64,000 nt of DNA from Bacteroidales bacterium (GTDB taxonomy: Bacteria; Bacteroidota; Bacteroidia; Bacteroidales; WCHB1-69). The position numbers and the translations under genes were made by a program. Below, piece by piece: positions 51,604-61,516 of this stretch. Each line of letters opens with the position of its first letter. The first letter of the stretch is position 1. A model generated the notes under the pieces. The model was given only the letters and a program-made list of their open reading frames with translations. It ran no database searches and had not been told where the DNA came from. Location of the stretch: positions 45,022 through 109,021 of the forward strand of contig JAEEQE010000004.1 in assembly GCA_016285145.1 (NCBI GenBank). The letters run 5' to 3'.

Positions 51604-53673
51604 TTAATACTCGTAATACACCATGAAACGGAAGCCAAAACCCTGCATGGGATAATTGCGAATGACTTCGTAATTTTTATTCGACAGGTTAAGCAATTCC
51701 AGTTTGAGACCTAATGTGGAGGCTTTGATGGGAATATCGTGGCTGAGGATGATGCTGTGGTCCCGATAGCCAGCCACCTCGTTGGCTGGAATGTTCTGCC
51801 CCAACGCATAGCGTTTTCCACTAGCAACAAGAGAATAGGTAACTGTAATCCAAGGAGTTTGCACACCTATGCCCGCCGATCCCGACCACACCGGCGTGTA
51901 GGGAATCTGATGGTTGAAGGTTTTGCTCGTCGGGTCAGTGCGGTCAATGGCTTTTTGAAAGGTGACATTGCCGTTGGGCCGGAGATAAAATCCTTTTGCC
52001 ATGCGCCACTGCATCCGCAGGTTCCACTCCGCCCCGAACACATACACTTTGCCATAGTTGAGCATCGTCCAGGAAAAGAGATTGCGGGAAGGAAACGCCA
52101 CTATCTTATCCTTTACAATATTATAATAACCGTCCAAAGACGTGGAGAGCTGCACCTTGCCCGCACACAACAACGGCTGGTCCAACACCAACCCGATATT
52201 CATCTGGTGCGTCTTTTCCGGTTTCAGATTGATATTTCCTACTTCTCTGTAATACAGATCATTGAAGGTGGGCATTCGAAAGATGTTCTTGTAAAACGCC
52301 CGCAGTTTCAAATCTTTCACCAATCTCACGGAAAGCCCGATGGCAGGTGCTAGGTGAATGTATCGATGCACATCCACCTCCTGCACTAAGTTGTTGACCG
52401 TGGTCAGCAGCAAGAATCCGTTTACCGTGAACCGGTCGTTGCGGAAAACGCCGGAAAGCGAAGTCTGCGTGGTGAACCTCGCAGGATGAGCATAATCGAT
52501 ATTATTAGCATACAATATGTTATAAACCAAATCATTGGATAGGGCAAAACGAAGACTCGTCTTACCTCCGCGCAACAATGTGTCGGTGAGAGGGGAATAC
52601 TGGACCGTTTGCGACAGAAAACCCTCATACTGCCGGTAATGGTTGTCCAAATAGCCTTCCGCATTCAGATACTCGGGGTCATAATAGTGCGTATAGTCAT
52701 AATTAGCCTTCCCGTTGGCCTGATACGCCCATTTTTTTCCAAAATATTTGTGATAATGGATCTGCCCGAAGGTGTTCCGGTTCCCGAGGCGCTGCGAGGC
52801 ATCCAAATTGTAATAGATGGTGGCCGAGGGCAGTCCGCGTTCGGAATCGTAATAGTACCACTTCACCGAAAGTTGTTGGGTGTGATCCAGCTGAAGCAGC
52901 AGATTGGCTTCCGTATTCCAAACCAAAACATCGGAATTCTGTCTCCGTTCCCATGAAGTGCTGTCTGTAATTCCTCCATAATGAAGCAGATACGGATAAT
53001 TTCCTTTGGAGCGGGTAAAACCTGTCAAAAAATTCAGCAGAACATGACGTTGCGGTTTTTTCGAACTTTCCCAGTAGGAAATCCCCGACACCTGCGGCAC
53101 CACCAACCCGTAGGAGCCGATGGTTAGGGAGGTTTTCAAGCTAAAAGGTCGTTTGGGGATAGTGTTCAGGATGCGGACGGAAAGCAGACTGCTGTGGGAG
53201 AAGAGGCTTGCCGGTACGAAGATGTCCTCTAACACGCCAGTGGTCAGGGTAATGGACGACACATTGGTGAGGGATAGCTTCCCGATGTCGATTTGGCCGG
53301 TTTGGCAGTCGGTGAGGGGGATTCCGTCGTAGGCCACGCCTGTATGCTGGGTACCGAGGCCGCGCACGGCCACCGTCTTCATGCCGCCGGTGCCGCCGTA
53401 GTCGCGCACCACCACTCCGGACATGAATTTCAGTGCGTCCGACAGTTGCAGCGACGGCGTTTGGGCTATCTGTTTGGCTGTCAGCATCTGTACTGTGGCC
53501 GGACCCGTGGCGATGCGCGTGGTCTGCGCGCTCTCGATGTTCACCTCGTCCAAGCGGGTGGCCCGCGTGCTGTCACGCCCCGGCTGTGCCCACGTGCGCA
53601 CGGACAAAAAGAAAACCAGGCTGACAACCATCAGCCCGATTTTCCGGAAAATATGACTTTTAAATGTGTTCAA
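51604..53673 (-). CDS. TonB-dependent outer-membrane receptor (small, non-SusC type)
   Basis: It has a signal peptide and a plug domain (LKFMSGVVVRDYGGTGGMKTVAVRGLGTQHTGVAYDGIPL). A long beta-barrel ends in an aromatic residue (...FMVYYEY). Confidence 0.85.
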   Translation of the reverse strand: MNTFKSHIFRKIGLMVVSLVFFLSVRTWAQPGRDSTRATRLDEVNIESAQTTRIATGPATVQMLTAKQIAQTPSLQLSDALKFMSGVVVRDYGGTGGMKTVAVRGLGTQHTGVAYDGIPLTDCQTGQIDIGKLSLTNVSSITLTTGVLEDIFVPASLFSHSSLLSVRILNTIPKRPFSLKTSLTIGSYGLVVPQVSGISYWESSKKPQRHVLLNFLTGFTRSKGNYPYLLHYGGITDSTSWERRQNSDVLVWNTEANLLLQLDHTQQLSVKWYYYDSERGLPSATIYYNLDASQRLGNRNTFGQIHYHKYFGKKWAYQANGKANYDYTHYYDPEYLNAEGYLDNHYRQYEGFLSQTVQYSPLTDTLLRGGKTSLRFALSNDLVYNILYANNIDYAHPARFTTQTSLSGVFRNDRFTVNGFLLLTTVNNLVQEVDVHRYIHLAPAIGLSVRLVKDLKLRAFYKNIFRMPTFNDLYYREVGNINLKPEKTHQMNIGLVLDQPLLCAGKVQLSTSLDGYYNIVKDKIVAFPSRNLFSWTMLNYGKVYVFGAEWNLRMQWRMAKGFYLRPNGNVTFQKAIDRTDPTSKTFNHQIPYTPVWSGSAGIGVQTPWITVTYSLVASGKRYALGQNIPANEVAGYRDHSIILSHDIPIKASTLGLKLELLNLSNKNYEVIRNYPMQGFGFRFMVYYEY

Positions 53674-53682
53674 TGGATGTTT

Positions 53683-54777
53683 TTACACATATTTGTTGCC
53701 AAAATCCACCTGCACATCCGTCACATACTGGCGGATCTGTTGCTCTTCGGATTTTTTGCAGATCAGGAGCACATCATTATTCTCCACCACAATGTAATCC
53801 TCCAAGCCTTGGACCACCACCACCTTGTTTTTCGGCACGTGGATGATGCACTTCTCCGTGTCGTAGGTCTTCACATGGTTGCCCACGATGCTGTTCTTAT
53901 GAGCGTCTTTGGCGCGGAGTTCGTACAGCGAGCCCCATGTTCCCAAATCGGACCATCCGAAGTCGGCAGCTATAACTTTCACGTTCTGTGCATGTTCCAT
54001 AACACCATAGTCAATGGAGATGCTGCGGCAGATTTGGTAGATCTGGTCTATGAAGTCCTCTTCCTTGTCCGTACCGTACAGCCCTTCGCCCTGTTTGAAG
54101 AGTTCGTCCACATCGGGCAGGAAGGTTTCGAAGGCCTTTTGGATGGTGGGCAGCGACCACATGAAGATGCCGGCGTTCCACAGGAAATCGCCGCTCTGCA
54201 GGAAGCTCTTCGCCATTTCCAACTCCGGCTTTTCCGTAAAGGTCTTTACCGCATAGATGGTGGCGTTCTTGTCGTAGCTGCGGTCCTCGTCGTATTGGAT
54301 GTAGCCGTAGCCCGTGTTGGGCGACGACGGGCGGATGCCGATGGTGAGCAGCCAGTCGTTGTGGGAGGCAGCCTCCAAGCCCTGTTCAATGACACGAGTG
54401 AAGACATCCTCCTTCAGGATCACGTGGTCCGACGGGGCCACCACGATGGTGGCGTTCGGGTTGCGGGTCCGAATCTTGTAATTGGCATACGCGATGCAGG
54501 GGGCGGTGTTCCGGCGGTAGGGTTCCAGGATCACCTGCTCTTCCGCTATCTCCGGCAGCTGCTGCAGGGTGATGTCCTTATAGGCTTTGCTGGTGACAAT
54601 GTAGATATTCTCTTTGGGGCAAATCTGCGTAAACCGACTGAACGTTTTCTGAATCAGTGTTTTACCTTCTCCTAAAATATCAATAAACTGTTTGGGGGTG
54701 GAGCTGTTGCTCATGGGCCAGAAGCGTGCGCCGACGCCACCAGCCATAATGACGCAATAGTAATTCGGGTTTATCAT
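53683..54777 (-). CDS. manC: Mannose-1-phosphate guanylyltransferase
   Basis: CVIMAGGVGARFWPMS...PKQF is the nucleotidyltransferase N-terminus. At 364 aa there is no isomerase domain. Confidence 0.85.
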   Translation of the reverse strand: MINPNYYCVIMAGGVGARFWPMSNSSTPKQFIDILGEGKTLIQKTFSRFTQICPKENIYIVTSKAYKDITLQQLPEIAEEQVILEPYRRNTAPCIAYANYKIRTRNPNATIVVAPSDHVILKEDVFTRVIEQGLEAASHNDWLLTIGIRPSSPNTGYGYIQYDEDRSYDKNATIYAVKTFTEKPELEMAKSFLQSGDFLWNAGIFMWSLPTIQKAFETFLPDVDELFKQGEGLYGTDKEEDFIDQIYQICRSISIDYGVMEHAQNVKVIAADFGWSDLGTWGSLYELRAKDAHKNSIVGNHVKTYDTEKCIIHVPKNKVVVVQGLEDYIVVENNDVLLICKKSEEQQIRQYVTDVQVDFGNKYV

Positions 54778-54805
54778 ATATATGTTGTCTTTTTATTTAT
54801 TGTTG

Positions 54806-54847
54806 AGCCGCACGGCCGTTTTTGTTGAGCCGTACGGCCGTGCGGCT
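54806..54847 (-). terminator. GC-rich hairpin downstream of pgk, within a 19-bp imperfect direct repeat
   Basis: agccgcacggccg (54806..54818) pairs with cggccgtgcggct (54835..54847). tgttgagccg[c/t]acggccgt occurs twice, 22 nt apart. Confidence 0.5.
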
Positions 54848-54854
54848 TTACCTT

Positions 54855-56045
54855 TTATTCGTTCAACGCTTTCACGCCAGGAAGTTCCTTGCCCTCAAGG
54901 TATTCGAGCATGGCGCCGCCGCCGGTGCTGATGTAGGACACGAAATCGCCCAGGTCGTATTTGTTGATGGCCGCGATGGAGTCGCCGCCGCCGATGACGG
55001 AGTAGGCACCCGCCAGCGTGGAGGCCGCCACACTGATGGCTACCGCCTTCGTACCCTTGCTGAACTTCTCTAACTCGAACACGCCCACCGGACCGTTCCA
55101 CAGGATGGTCTTGGAATTTTTCAGTACCTCGGCAAAGCTGCGCTGCGTTTTCGGGCCGATATCCAAACCTTCCCAGTTGTCGGGAATGTTGTTGTCTTCC
55201 GTCACTAAAACGTTGGCGTCATCGCCGAACTTGTCGCCGCAGATGGTGTCGAGACGGCAATAGAAGTTTTTGCCGGATTTCTTCACTTGTTCCAGAATGT
55301 CCTTGGCCACGGGCAGCATGTCGGGCTCGAACAAAGAGTTGCCGATGGTGTAGCCCATGGCGGCGAGGAAGGTGTAGCTCAAGCCACCACCCACGATGAG
55401 GTTGTCAACCTTGGGAAGCAGGTTGGTGATGATGTTGATCTTGGTGGAAACCTTGGAACCGCCGATGATAGCGGTAAAGGGTTTCTCGCCACCGTTGAGT
55501 ACGGTTTCCAGGCTCATCACCTCATTATAAAGCAGATAGCCGGCAAAGGCCTTGCCCGGGAAATAACGGGCGATGGTGGCGGTGGAGGCGTGCTCGCGGT
55601 GGGCAGTGCCGAAGGCATCGTTCACATACACATCGCCCAAGCGCGCGATGGCTTTGGCAAAATCCGGATCGCCTTTCTCCTCTTCAGCGTGGAAACGGAG
55701 ATTCTCCAACATGGCGATGGAGCCGGGCTTCAGTCCGGCAATGATGGAAGCGCAGGAGTCGTCCAGCACGTCGCCGGCGAAAACAACCTCCCGACCGAGA
55801 ATTTCAGAAACCGTCGGCACGATGTGACGCAGGGAGTATTTGTCGTTGGCCTCGCCCTTGGGACGGCCCAGGTGCGACATCAGGATGACGGTGCCGCCAT
55901 CGTTGAGGATTTTCCCCACCGTCTCCTTGGTGCGGACGATGCGGGTGACGTCGGTCACGTTGAACTGGTCATCCAATGGAACGTTATAGTCCACGCGGAT
56001 AAGCACTTTCTGGTTGCTGAAATTGTACTGGTCAATAGATTTCAT
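54855..56045 (-). CDS. pgk: Phosphoglycerate kinase
   Basis: VLIRVDYNVPLD, ILMSHLGRPKG and STGGGAMLEYLEG are present. Confidence 0.95.
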   Translation of the reverse strand: MKSIDQYNFSNQKVLIRVDYNVPLDDQFNVTDVTRIVRTKETVGKILNDGGTVILMSHLGRPKGEANDKYSLRHIVPTVSEILGREVVFAGDVLDDSCASIIAGLKPGSIAMLENLRFHAEEEKGDPDFAKAIARLGDVYVNDAFGTAHREHASTATIARYFPGKAFAGYLLYNEVMSLETVLNGGEKPFTAIIGGSKVSTKINIITNLLPKVDNLIVGGGLSYTFLAAMGYTIGNSLFEPDMLPVAKDILEQVKKSGKNFYCRLDTICGDKFGDDANVLVTEDNNIPDNWEGLDIGPKTQRSFAEVLKNSKTILWNGPVGVFELEKFSKGTKAVAISVAASTLAGAYSVIGGGDSIAAINKYDLGDFVSYISTGGGAMLEYLEGKELPGVKALNE

Positions 56046-56103
56046 AATGATTTTAATTTTGATTTTATAATGATGATAAATTTCTTTGTTATGTTCTCTT
56101 TTG

Positions 56104-56898
56104 TCAGACCGCCACCTCCGCCTTAATGTGCGGGTGCGGGTCGTAGCCTTCCAGTTGGAAATCCTCGTAATGGAAATCGAAGATGTCCTTCACGTCAGGG
56201 TTGATGCGCATGACGGGCAGCGGGCGCGGGTCGCGGGTGAGCTGTAACTTGGCCTGCTCCACGTGGTTGGAGTAGATGTGGGCGTCGCCTAACGTGTGGA
56301 TGAACTCCTTGGGCTTCAAGCCGCACACCTGGGCCACCATCATGAGCAGCAGTGTGTAGGAGGCGATGTTGAACGGAACGCCAAGAAAGACGTCGGCGCT
56401 GCGCTGGTACAGCTGGCACGAGATCTCCCCGTTGTTGACATAAAACTGGAACAGCACATGGCATGGCGGCAGCGCCATCTTGTCAATCTCCCCCACATTC
56501 CACGCGCACACCATCAGTCGTCGCGAGTCGGGATTGGCCTTGATTTGCTGGATCAGCTGCGTGATCTGGTCCACATGGCCGCCATCGGGTGTGGCCCACG
56601 AGCGCCATTGCTTGCCGTAAATCGGACCCAGGTCGCCATGCTCGTCCGCCCATTCGTCCCAAATCGACACACCGTTGTCCTTCAGATAGCGGATGTTAGT
56701 GTCGCCCTGCAAAAACCAGAGCAACTCATAGATGATGGAACGCAAATGCAGCTTCTTGGTGGTCAACAAAGGAAAGCCCTCCGACAAATCGAAGCGCATC
56801 TGATGGCCGAAAATGCTGTACGTGCCCGTACCCGTACGGTCGGATTTGTACGAGCCTTTTGTCAAAATGGTGCGGAGAAGGTCCTGGTACTGTTTCAT
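56104..56898 (-). CDS. thyA: Thymidylate synthase
   Basis: 264 aa with [20 protein letters not shown] (catalytic Cys) and DAHIYSNH. Confidence 0.97.
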   Translation of the reverse strand: MKQYQDLLRTILTKGSYKSDRTGTGTYSIFGHQMRFDLSEGFPLLTTKKLHLRSIIYELLWFLQGDTNIRYLKDNGVSIWDEWADEHGDLGPIYGKQWRSWATPDGGHVDQITQLIQQIKANPDSRRLMVCAWNVGEIDKMALPPCHVLFQFYVNNGEISCQLYQRSADVFLGVPFNIASYTLLLMMVAQVCGLKPKEFIHTLGDAHIYSNHVEQAKLQLTRDPRPLPVMRINPDVKDIFDFHYEDFQLEGYDPHPHIKAEVAV

Positions 56899-56910
56899 AA
56901 ACGGGAATTT

Positions 56911-57732
56911 TTAGGCTTCAAGACTTTCCAACATATCCAAAACATTGTCAAGATAGGAGACTTCCGCTTTCTCAATCTGTCCCTGGTCGGCCAAATGGGC
57001 AATTTCCGAATCGATGGGCATCTGGGCCAACAGCTTGATATTGAACTCCTCGGCCACCTCTGCAGCATGACTTTCGCCAAACACGCTAATCTTCTCGCCG
57101 CAGTGGGGGCATGTCGCATAACTGTAGTTCTCCACTAATCCCAATACCGGGATGTTCATCATGCCGGCCATATTCACCGCTTTACTGACAATCAAGGAGA
57201 CCAGATCCTGCGGGGAGGTCACCATGATGATGCCGTCCACGGCCATGCTCTGGAACACGGTCAGGGGCACGTCGCCGGTGCCGGGAGGCATGTCCACGAA
57301 GAGGTAGTCGATATTGTCCCAGATCACATCGGTCCAAAACTGTTTTACAATACCGGCGATCATCGGTCCACGCCAGATGACGGGCGTTTTCTCGTCACGG
57401 GTGAGCAGATTTGAGGAGATGACCTGGATGCCGGTTTCGCTTTCCACCGGCAGCGCACCGTCCTCATTGCCCGTGATCACCGTGTGCAGGTTGAACATTT
57501 TGGGGATGGAAGGTCCTGTGATGTCGGCATCCAAAATGCCCACCCGATAGCCTTTGCGGCGGAGGTGGACAGCCAACAGGGAGGTGACGGAACTCTTGCC
57601 CACGCCGCCCTTTCCGCTGACGATGCCGATGACTTTCTTAATATGGCTTTTCGGATGCGGATTCTCGCGCAAGTCCTTTTTCTCGCAATTCTGCTGACTG
57701 CAATGGGCGCAGTCGTGATTACATTCTGACAT
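56911..57732 (-). CDS. Mrp/ApbC/NBP35-family iron-sulfur cluster carrier ATPase
   Basis: It has the deviant Walker A GKGGVGKSS and CPHCGEK, plus a Cys/His-rich N-terminal tail. Confidence 0.9.
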   Translation of the reverse strand: MSECNHDCAHCSQQNCEKKDLRENPHPKSHIKKVIGIVSGKGGVGKSSVTSLLAVHLRRKGYRVGILDADITGPSIPKMFNLHTVITGNEDGALPVESETGIQVISSNLLTRDEKTPVIWRGPMIAGIVKQFWTDVIWDNIDYLFVDMPPGTGDVPLTVFQSMAVDGIIMVTSPQDLVSLIVSKAVNMAGMMNIPVLGLVENYSYATCPHCGEKISVFGESHAAEVAEEFNIKLLAQMPIDSEIAHLADQGQIEKAEVSYLDNVLDMLESLEA

Positions 57733-57785
57733 AAAAAATGAAGTTTAAATTTAGAGCGGCAAAGATACGGAAATAATCAACAAGA

Positions 57786-57810
57786 AGGGGTGTGCTAAAA
57801 CACACCCCTT
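57786..57810 (-). terminator. Hairpin downstream of ssb
   Basis: aggggtgtg-ctaaaa-cacacccct lies immediately after the ssb stop (57816). Confidence 0.55.
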
Positions 57811-57815
57811 TTGTT

Positions 57816-58268
57816 TTAAAACGGAAGATCGTCCGTATCCTGTTGCAGCGGCTCATAGGTGGGCTCGGGTGCGGGCGGCTGCGGTGCCGATGCCTGCGCA
57901 TTTTGCACCTGCGTGGCCACCGGGGTGCTTTCGCCCTCGTTCTTCGAACCCAGCATGGTGAAGGTGCTGGCCTCTATCTCCGTGATGTAGCGTTTCGAAC
58001 CGTTCTCGTCCCAGCTACGGGTGCGCAATTTGCCCTCCAGGTAAATCAGCTTGCCCTTCGTCAGATACTGCTCCGCCTTCTCCGCCAGATTGCGCCAACA
58101 GACGATGTTGTGCCACTCCGTATTCTCGATACGGTTTCCGTTCTTATCCTTGTAAATCTCCGATGTTGCCATCGTGAAGGATGCTCTCTTCGACCCTGTT
58201 TCAAAGGTCCTCATGTCGGGATCCTTACCTAACCGACCAATCAAAATAACTTTGTTAACTCCTGACAT
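57816..58268 (-). CDS. ssb: Single-stranded DNA-binding protein
   Basis: It has an OB fold (NKVILIGRLGKDPD...TEWHNIV.W), a Gly/Pro/Gln-rich linker and an acidic tail DDLPF. Confidence 0.93.
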   Translation of the reverse strand: MSGVNKVILIGRLGKDPDMRTFETGSKRASFTMATSEIYKDKNGNRIENTEWHNIVCWRNLAEKAEQYLTKGKLIYLEGKLRTRSWDENGSKRYITEIEASTFTMLGSKNEGESTPVATQVQNAQASAPQPPAPEPTYEPLQQDTDDLPF

Positions 58269-58292
58269 AATTTTTAGTTTTTAAATTCGCCG

Positions 58293-58300
58293 CAAAGATA
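58293..58300 (-). promoter_or_regulatory. -7 box (TATCTTTG on minus strand) for ssb
   Basis: Plus strand cgccgCAAAGATAtaaa lies about 25 nt upstream of ATG 58268. Confidence 0.45.
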
Positions 58301-58425
58301 TAAAAAATTTTGATATAATAAATCATTTTTAATAAAAAATTATTTTGATGCTAATTTTAACAATTGATTGTTAAAATTGACAAAGGTATAATCAAAATAA
58401 TTTTTCCACAAACTCCTCTTTTTTG

Positions 58426-58433
58426 TACCTTTG
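58426..58433 (+). promoter_or_regulatory. -7 box TACCTTTG
   Basis: ttgTACCTTTGccgcc lies 70 nt upstream of ATG 58503. Confidence 0.35.
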
Positions 58434-58502
58434 CCGCCTCATAAAAAACACCCAACTAACAACTAACTTATTATAAATTAGAAAATTAAAATAGAAGATA
58501 TT

Positions 58503-59057
58503 ATGAAAAAAATTAGTGTTTTTCTTCTTTTTACCATCTTGATTGCCGGCGCGTTGTTCCAAACTAACGCCCAAGCTCCGTATAAACACAGCCTCGGTGC
58601 CACTTTGGGTACCACGCAGGCGGTGTCGTACAAGACGTTCCCAACCGACCATTTCGCCATCCAATTGGATTTGGGTACCAAATATTGCTACGTTTATGGA
58701 ACACACACCTGGTCGTTCGAACTCGCCCCGAACTTCATGTACGAGGGTCGCCTTTATAAGGGTTTGTACGGATTTGTAGGAGGTGGCGGTAGTATCGGCT
58801 ACAATTGGCAGCCATTTCCTTGGCTACCGCGTGAGGGACAAAATGTGCATTGGGACCCCACGACCACCCCTTATTTGGTGAGCTATAATAACGGCAAAGC
58901 CGGATTGAACGGCTTTTTCGGATTGGAGTACAAGTTCGATATCCCGCTTACGTTGCAGTTTGATTTCCGCCCGGGTTATCGCTGCATCTTCATCCGTTAT
59001 GTTGCCTCCCATATTTTCGATTGGGGCCTGAATTTTGGCGTGCGATATACATTCTAA
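58503..59057 (+). CDS. Small outer-membrane beta-barrel protein (putative)
   Basis: It has a signal peptide (MKKISVFLLFTILIAGALFQTNAQA), alternating aromatic/Gly-rich strands and a C-terminal ...GVRYTF. Confidence 0.5.
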   Translation: MKKISVFLLFTILIAGALFQTNAQAPYKHSLGATLGTTQAVSYKTFPTDHFAIQLDLGTKYCYVYGTHTWSFELAPNFMYEGRLYKGLYGFVGGGGSIGYNWQPFPWLPREGQNVHWDPTTTPYLVSYNNGKAGLNGFFGLEYKFDIPLTLQFDFRPGYRCIFIRYVASHIFDWGLNFGVRYTF

Positions 59058-59070
59058 AACGTTTTTTTTG

Positions 59071-59078
59071 TACTTTTG
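59071..59078 (+). promoter_or_regulatory. -7 box TACTTTTG upstream of tRNA-Arg
   Basis: ttgTACTTTTGcaccc lies 13 nt before the tRNA 5' end. Confidence 0.45.
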
Positions 59079-59090
59079 CACCCGCAAAAC

Positions 59091-59167
59091 GGCCCCGTAG
59101 TTCAGCTGAATAGAACGTCAGATTCCGGTTCTGAAAGTCGTGGGTTTGAATCCCGCCGGGGTCACCA
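59091..59167 (+). tRNA. tRNA-Arg (anticodon CCG), with CCA encoded
   Basis: Acceptor GGCCCCG pairs with CGGGGTC. The anticodon stem-loop is TCAGA-TTCCGGT-TCTGA and the T arm is GTGGG-TTTGAAT-CCCGC. The discriminator is A, followed by CCA. Confidence 0.9.
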
Positions 59168-59172
59168 GAAAA

Positions 59173-59196
59173 GTCGGAATATTCCGGCTTTTTTTA
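59173..59196 (+). terminator. Terminator after tRNA-Arg
   Basis: The palindrome gtcggaat/attccggc is followed by a T7 run. Confidence 0.6.
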
Positions 59197-59209
59197 TGTT
59201 CCCAAATAA

Positions 59210-59257
59210 AAATCTTTCAAGATTAACCGTCCTTTCGAACGGAATCCTGAAAGATTT
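59210..59257 (-). terminator. Long hairpin downstream of the 639-aa gene
   Basis: aaatctttca (59210..59219) pairs perfectly with tgaaagattt (59248..59257), with an inner ccgt/acgg stem. On the minus strand UUUUAUUU follows. Confidence 0.55.
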
Positions 59258-59287
59258 TTCCCAATAGTAAAAGAAGATTCGGAGATA

Positions 59288-61207
59288 CTATCTCTTCACG
59301 ATTTTTCCGGTTTGACTACCGGCTTTCAGAATGTAGATGCCGGCCGGAAGGTCCTGCATGTTGATGCGCACCTGTGTGTCAGCGGCCACACCCGACCAAA
59401 CAAGTTGGCCAAAAGCGTTGCACAATGTCACCGTTTCGCCCATGGGCACCTGATTGACATATAATGTGTTTTGGCACGGATTCGGGTAAGCGATCACAGA
59501 AGCATCGCCCGGGATTTCATGAATAGAAGATGGGGTCCAGCCATTCATGACGGCCACACCGCTGAAATCGAAACCGCCGGTGCCGTTATCCGTAAAGTTG
59601 GTAGGATAGGGGTCATTGATGATGTGTCCATTCTTGTCGATGCTGGCGTACATCGGGTCAATAGTGCCCACCACATCCACAATGCGTACATGAGTGATAT
59701 TGTTGATATCCAGGTTGCTGTAACCAGCCAATTCAGCTAAATCGAACGGGGTGCCCCAGCCCACCATATATTTGCCGGCCAGGTTTTTCAGGTTAGTGGC
59801 ATCCACGCTTCCGGCATTAGCAATCTGTGTGGTTGTCTGCGTGTTGGACACGGACGGGAAGCGATAGAAATGCACACCGTCGGAGCTCACTTCCACAAAA
59901 GCCAACTCCAAGAACGTGCTGTTCAGGGCATTTTCAAACACAGCGAAATCATAACCTTCCCCATTGGAGATGGGTTGGTCGAAGGTTACGACAGCCACAC
60001 CCTGGTCGCCCAAGCTCACCACATCCGCCGTTGACATGCTGGAGGGACCAACGCCGGCGCTTTCATTGCCGTAGAAAGCCATCATGGTGGGACTGGCAAT
60101 GTCAAGGGGACCGCGTGTCACCGTACAGTTAGTGGCCCAGCCCAAAATGGCCGGGTTGTCGAACTTGATGGCTTGGCAGCCTTCCGAGCCCACAACGCCG
60201 TCAAATTGTTCCGTAGAAGAAGCCGGAAGAGCCACCGGCAGCACGGGATCCGTCCAGTAGGTCTGCCAATAGTCGTCCGTGACGCCGCACATCTCATCGC
60301 CGAATTTGATTACATCGCCGTTGGCCACTTTCTGCTGGTCATAGCCCAGCCAAGCCATGAATCCGTTGAGATTGTACAACCACCAGTTGCCCTGCAGGCT
60401 CAAGTGTTCATTGTCATCGTCAAAATGGATGTCATAGATCATGCCACTGCCGCCGGTATAGCTGAAGCGCGAGTCGTAGATGGCGATGGTTTGCAGCAGG
60501 TCGGCCACCAATGCGCTGTCGCCGTCATACATCACACCCCAAGCCTTGGTGGTGGAGGGGTTGCACCAGTTAACAGCCACAATGGCAGCGTTCTCGCCAT
60601 TGCCCACCCAGTAATGGACATCGAGCTCATCGATGGAGGCATCCGTAATGCTCGGGTCGAAGGGATAGTAAAGCGTATGATTGGCCAACGAATCAGGACC
60701 ACATGTCACCCAACTCGACCACATGGGGTCATTCGGTGAAACTTGCGTCAACTCAAAATAGTCGCCATTGGAAAGAGCATCACTCAACCCCGAGGCATAC
60801 GCTCCGTTTACATAGTACATGGCCGAGCCATCGGGAATCTGATAATTGATTGTCCCATTGTTATAACCTATGGAGTTCAGCCATCCTCCTGTGGCGGAAT
60901 AAACGAAATTGGGGTCAGCGGCAGCAATGGCATTGAACATATCAGCAATGGTGGCGCTGCCGTTAAAACGGTAGCCATAGGCGATACCAGCCGCATAATC
61001 AGCGCCGGCGGTATCCGTTGCGCAGAAGAAGAAGGCGGCCACTACCTCATTGAAGCCGGTGCCCACCCAGAAGCGGACATCGTTGGCGGAAGCTGTGCGC
61101 ATGCCGCGCACGGGCTGGTTGGTCTGCATGTAATGCCGCACCTGCTCGTTTTGAGCGGAAAGACTAAATGCTGCAAATACAAGCAATAAACACATAAATT
61201 TTCTCAT
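59288..61207 (-). CDS. T9SS-secreted protein (639 aa) with two N-terminal transcobalamin-beta-like (DUF4430-like) repeats; putative corrinoid-binding protein
   Basis: It has a signal peptide (MRKFMCLLLVFAAFSLSAQ). Two roughly 170-aa repeats contain GGWLNSIGYNNG...AMYYVNGAYASGLSDALSNGDYFE and GMIYDIHFDD...GNWWLYNLNGFMAWLGYDQQKVANGDVIKF. The T9SS CTD is VIAYPNPCQNTLYV...LPAGIYILKAGSQTGKIVKR. A cobalamin riboswitch lies immediately upstream. Confidence 0.8.
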   Translation of the reverse strand: MRKFMCLLLVFAAFSLSAQNEQVRHYMQTNQPVRGMRTASANDVRFWVGTGFNEVVAAFFFCATDTAGADYAAGIAYGYRFNGSATIADMFNAIAAADPNFVYSATGGWLNSIGYNNGTINYQIPDGSAMYYVNGAYASGLSDALSNGDYFELTQVSPNDPMWSSWVTCGPDSLANHTLYYPFDPSITDASIDELDVHYWVGNGENAAIVAVNWCNPSTTKAWGVMYDGDSALVADLLQTIAIYDSRFSYTGGSGMIYDIHFDDDNEHLSLQGNWWLYNLNGFMAWLGYDQQKVANGDVIKFGDEMCGVTDDYWQTYWTDPVLPVALPASSTEQFDGVVGSEGCQAIKFDNPAILGWATNCTVTRGPLDIASPTMMAFYGNESAGVGPSSMSTADVVSLGDQGVAVVTFDQPISNGEGYDFAVFENALNSTFLELAFVEVSSDGVHFYRFPSVSNTQTTTQIANAGSVDATNLKNLAGKYMVGWGTPFDLAELAGYSNLDINNITHVRIVDVVGTIDPMYASIDKNGHIINDPYPTNFTDNGTGGFDFSGVAVMNGWTPSSIHEIPGDASVIAYPNPCQNTLYVNQVPMGETVTLCNAFGQLVWSGVAADTQVRINMQDLPAGIYILKAGSQTGKIVKR

Positions 61208-61327
61208 ACTTTTTAAAATTTAAAAGTTAAACAATACGTCAATGTGTCATTGCTTTGGGAAAAGAGTACGGAGAGAACCGTTGCGGGCGTTTCTCGTGTA
61301 AGCCTACCTCCCGAAGCTGTGCACTAT

Positions 61328-61512
61328 TTGCGACTTCCGGCAGGTTTTCTGACTTGCCCTCCCTCGGACCGAACCTTCCCATTGGGCGTACCAACAGTGG
61401 TTTTTGCAGGATGTCCGAGGCGGAAAAGGGCTTACAGCAGCGGGTACTGTACAGGATTTCCACCTGTTTCCCTCTCACGGCTCCCTTGCGGGAGACCGCT
61501 CACCGGAAATCG
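61328..61512 (-). promoter_or_regulatory. Cobalamin (B12) riboswitch aptamer
   Basis: The minus-strand RNA reads ...GAGAGGGAAACAGGUGGAAAUCCUGUACAGUACCCGCUGCUGUAAGC...AACCACUGUUGGUACGCCCAAUGGGAAGGUUCGG...GGCAAGUCAGAAAACCUGCCGGAAG. This gives the GGGAA-GGUG-AAAUCC-CCCGC-CUGU core, the CCACUG...GGGAAGG element and the B12 box AGUCAGnnnnCCUGCC in canonical order. Confidence 0.85.
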
Positions 61513-61516
61513 GCGG

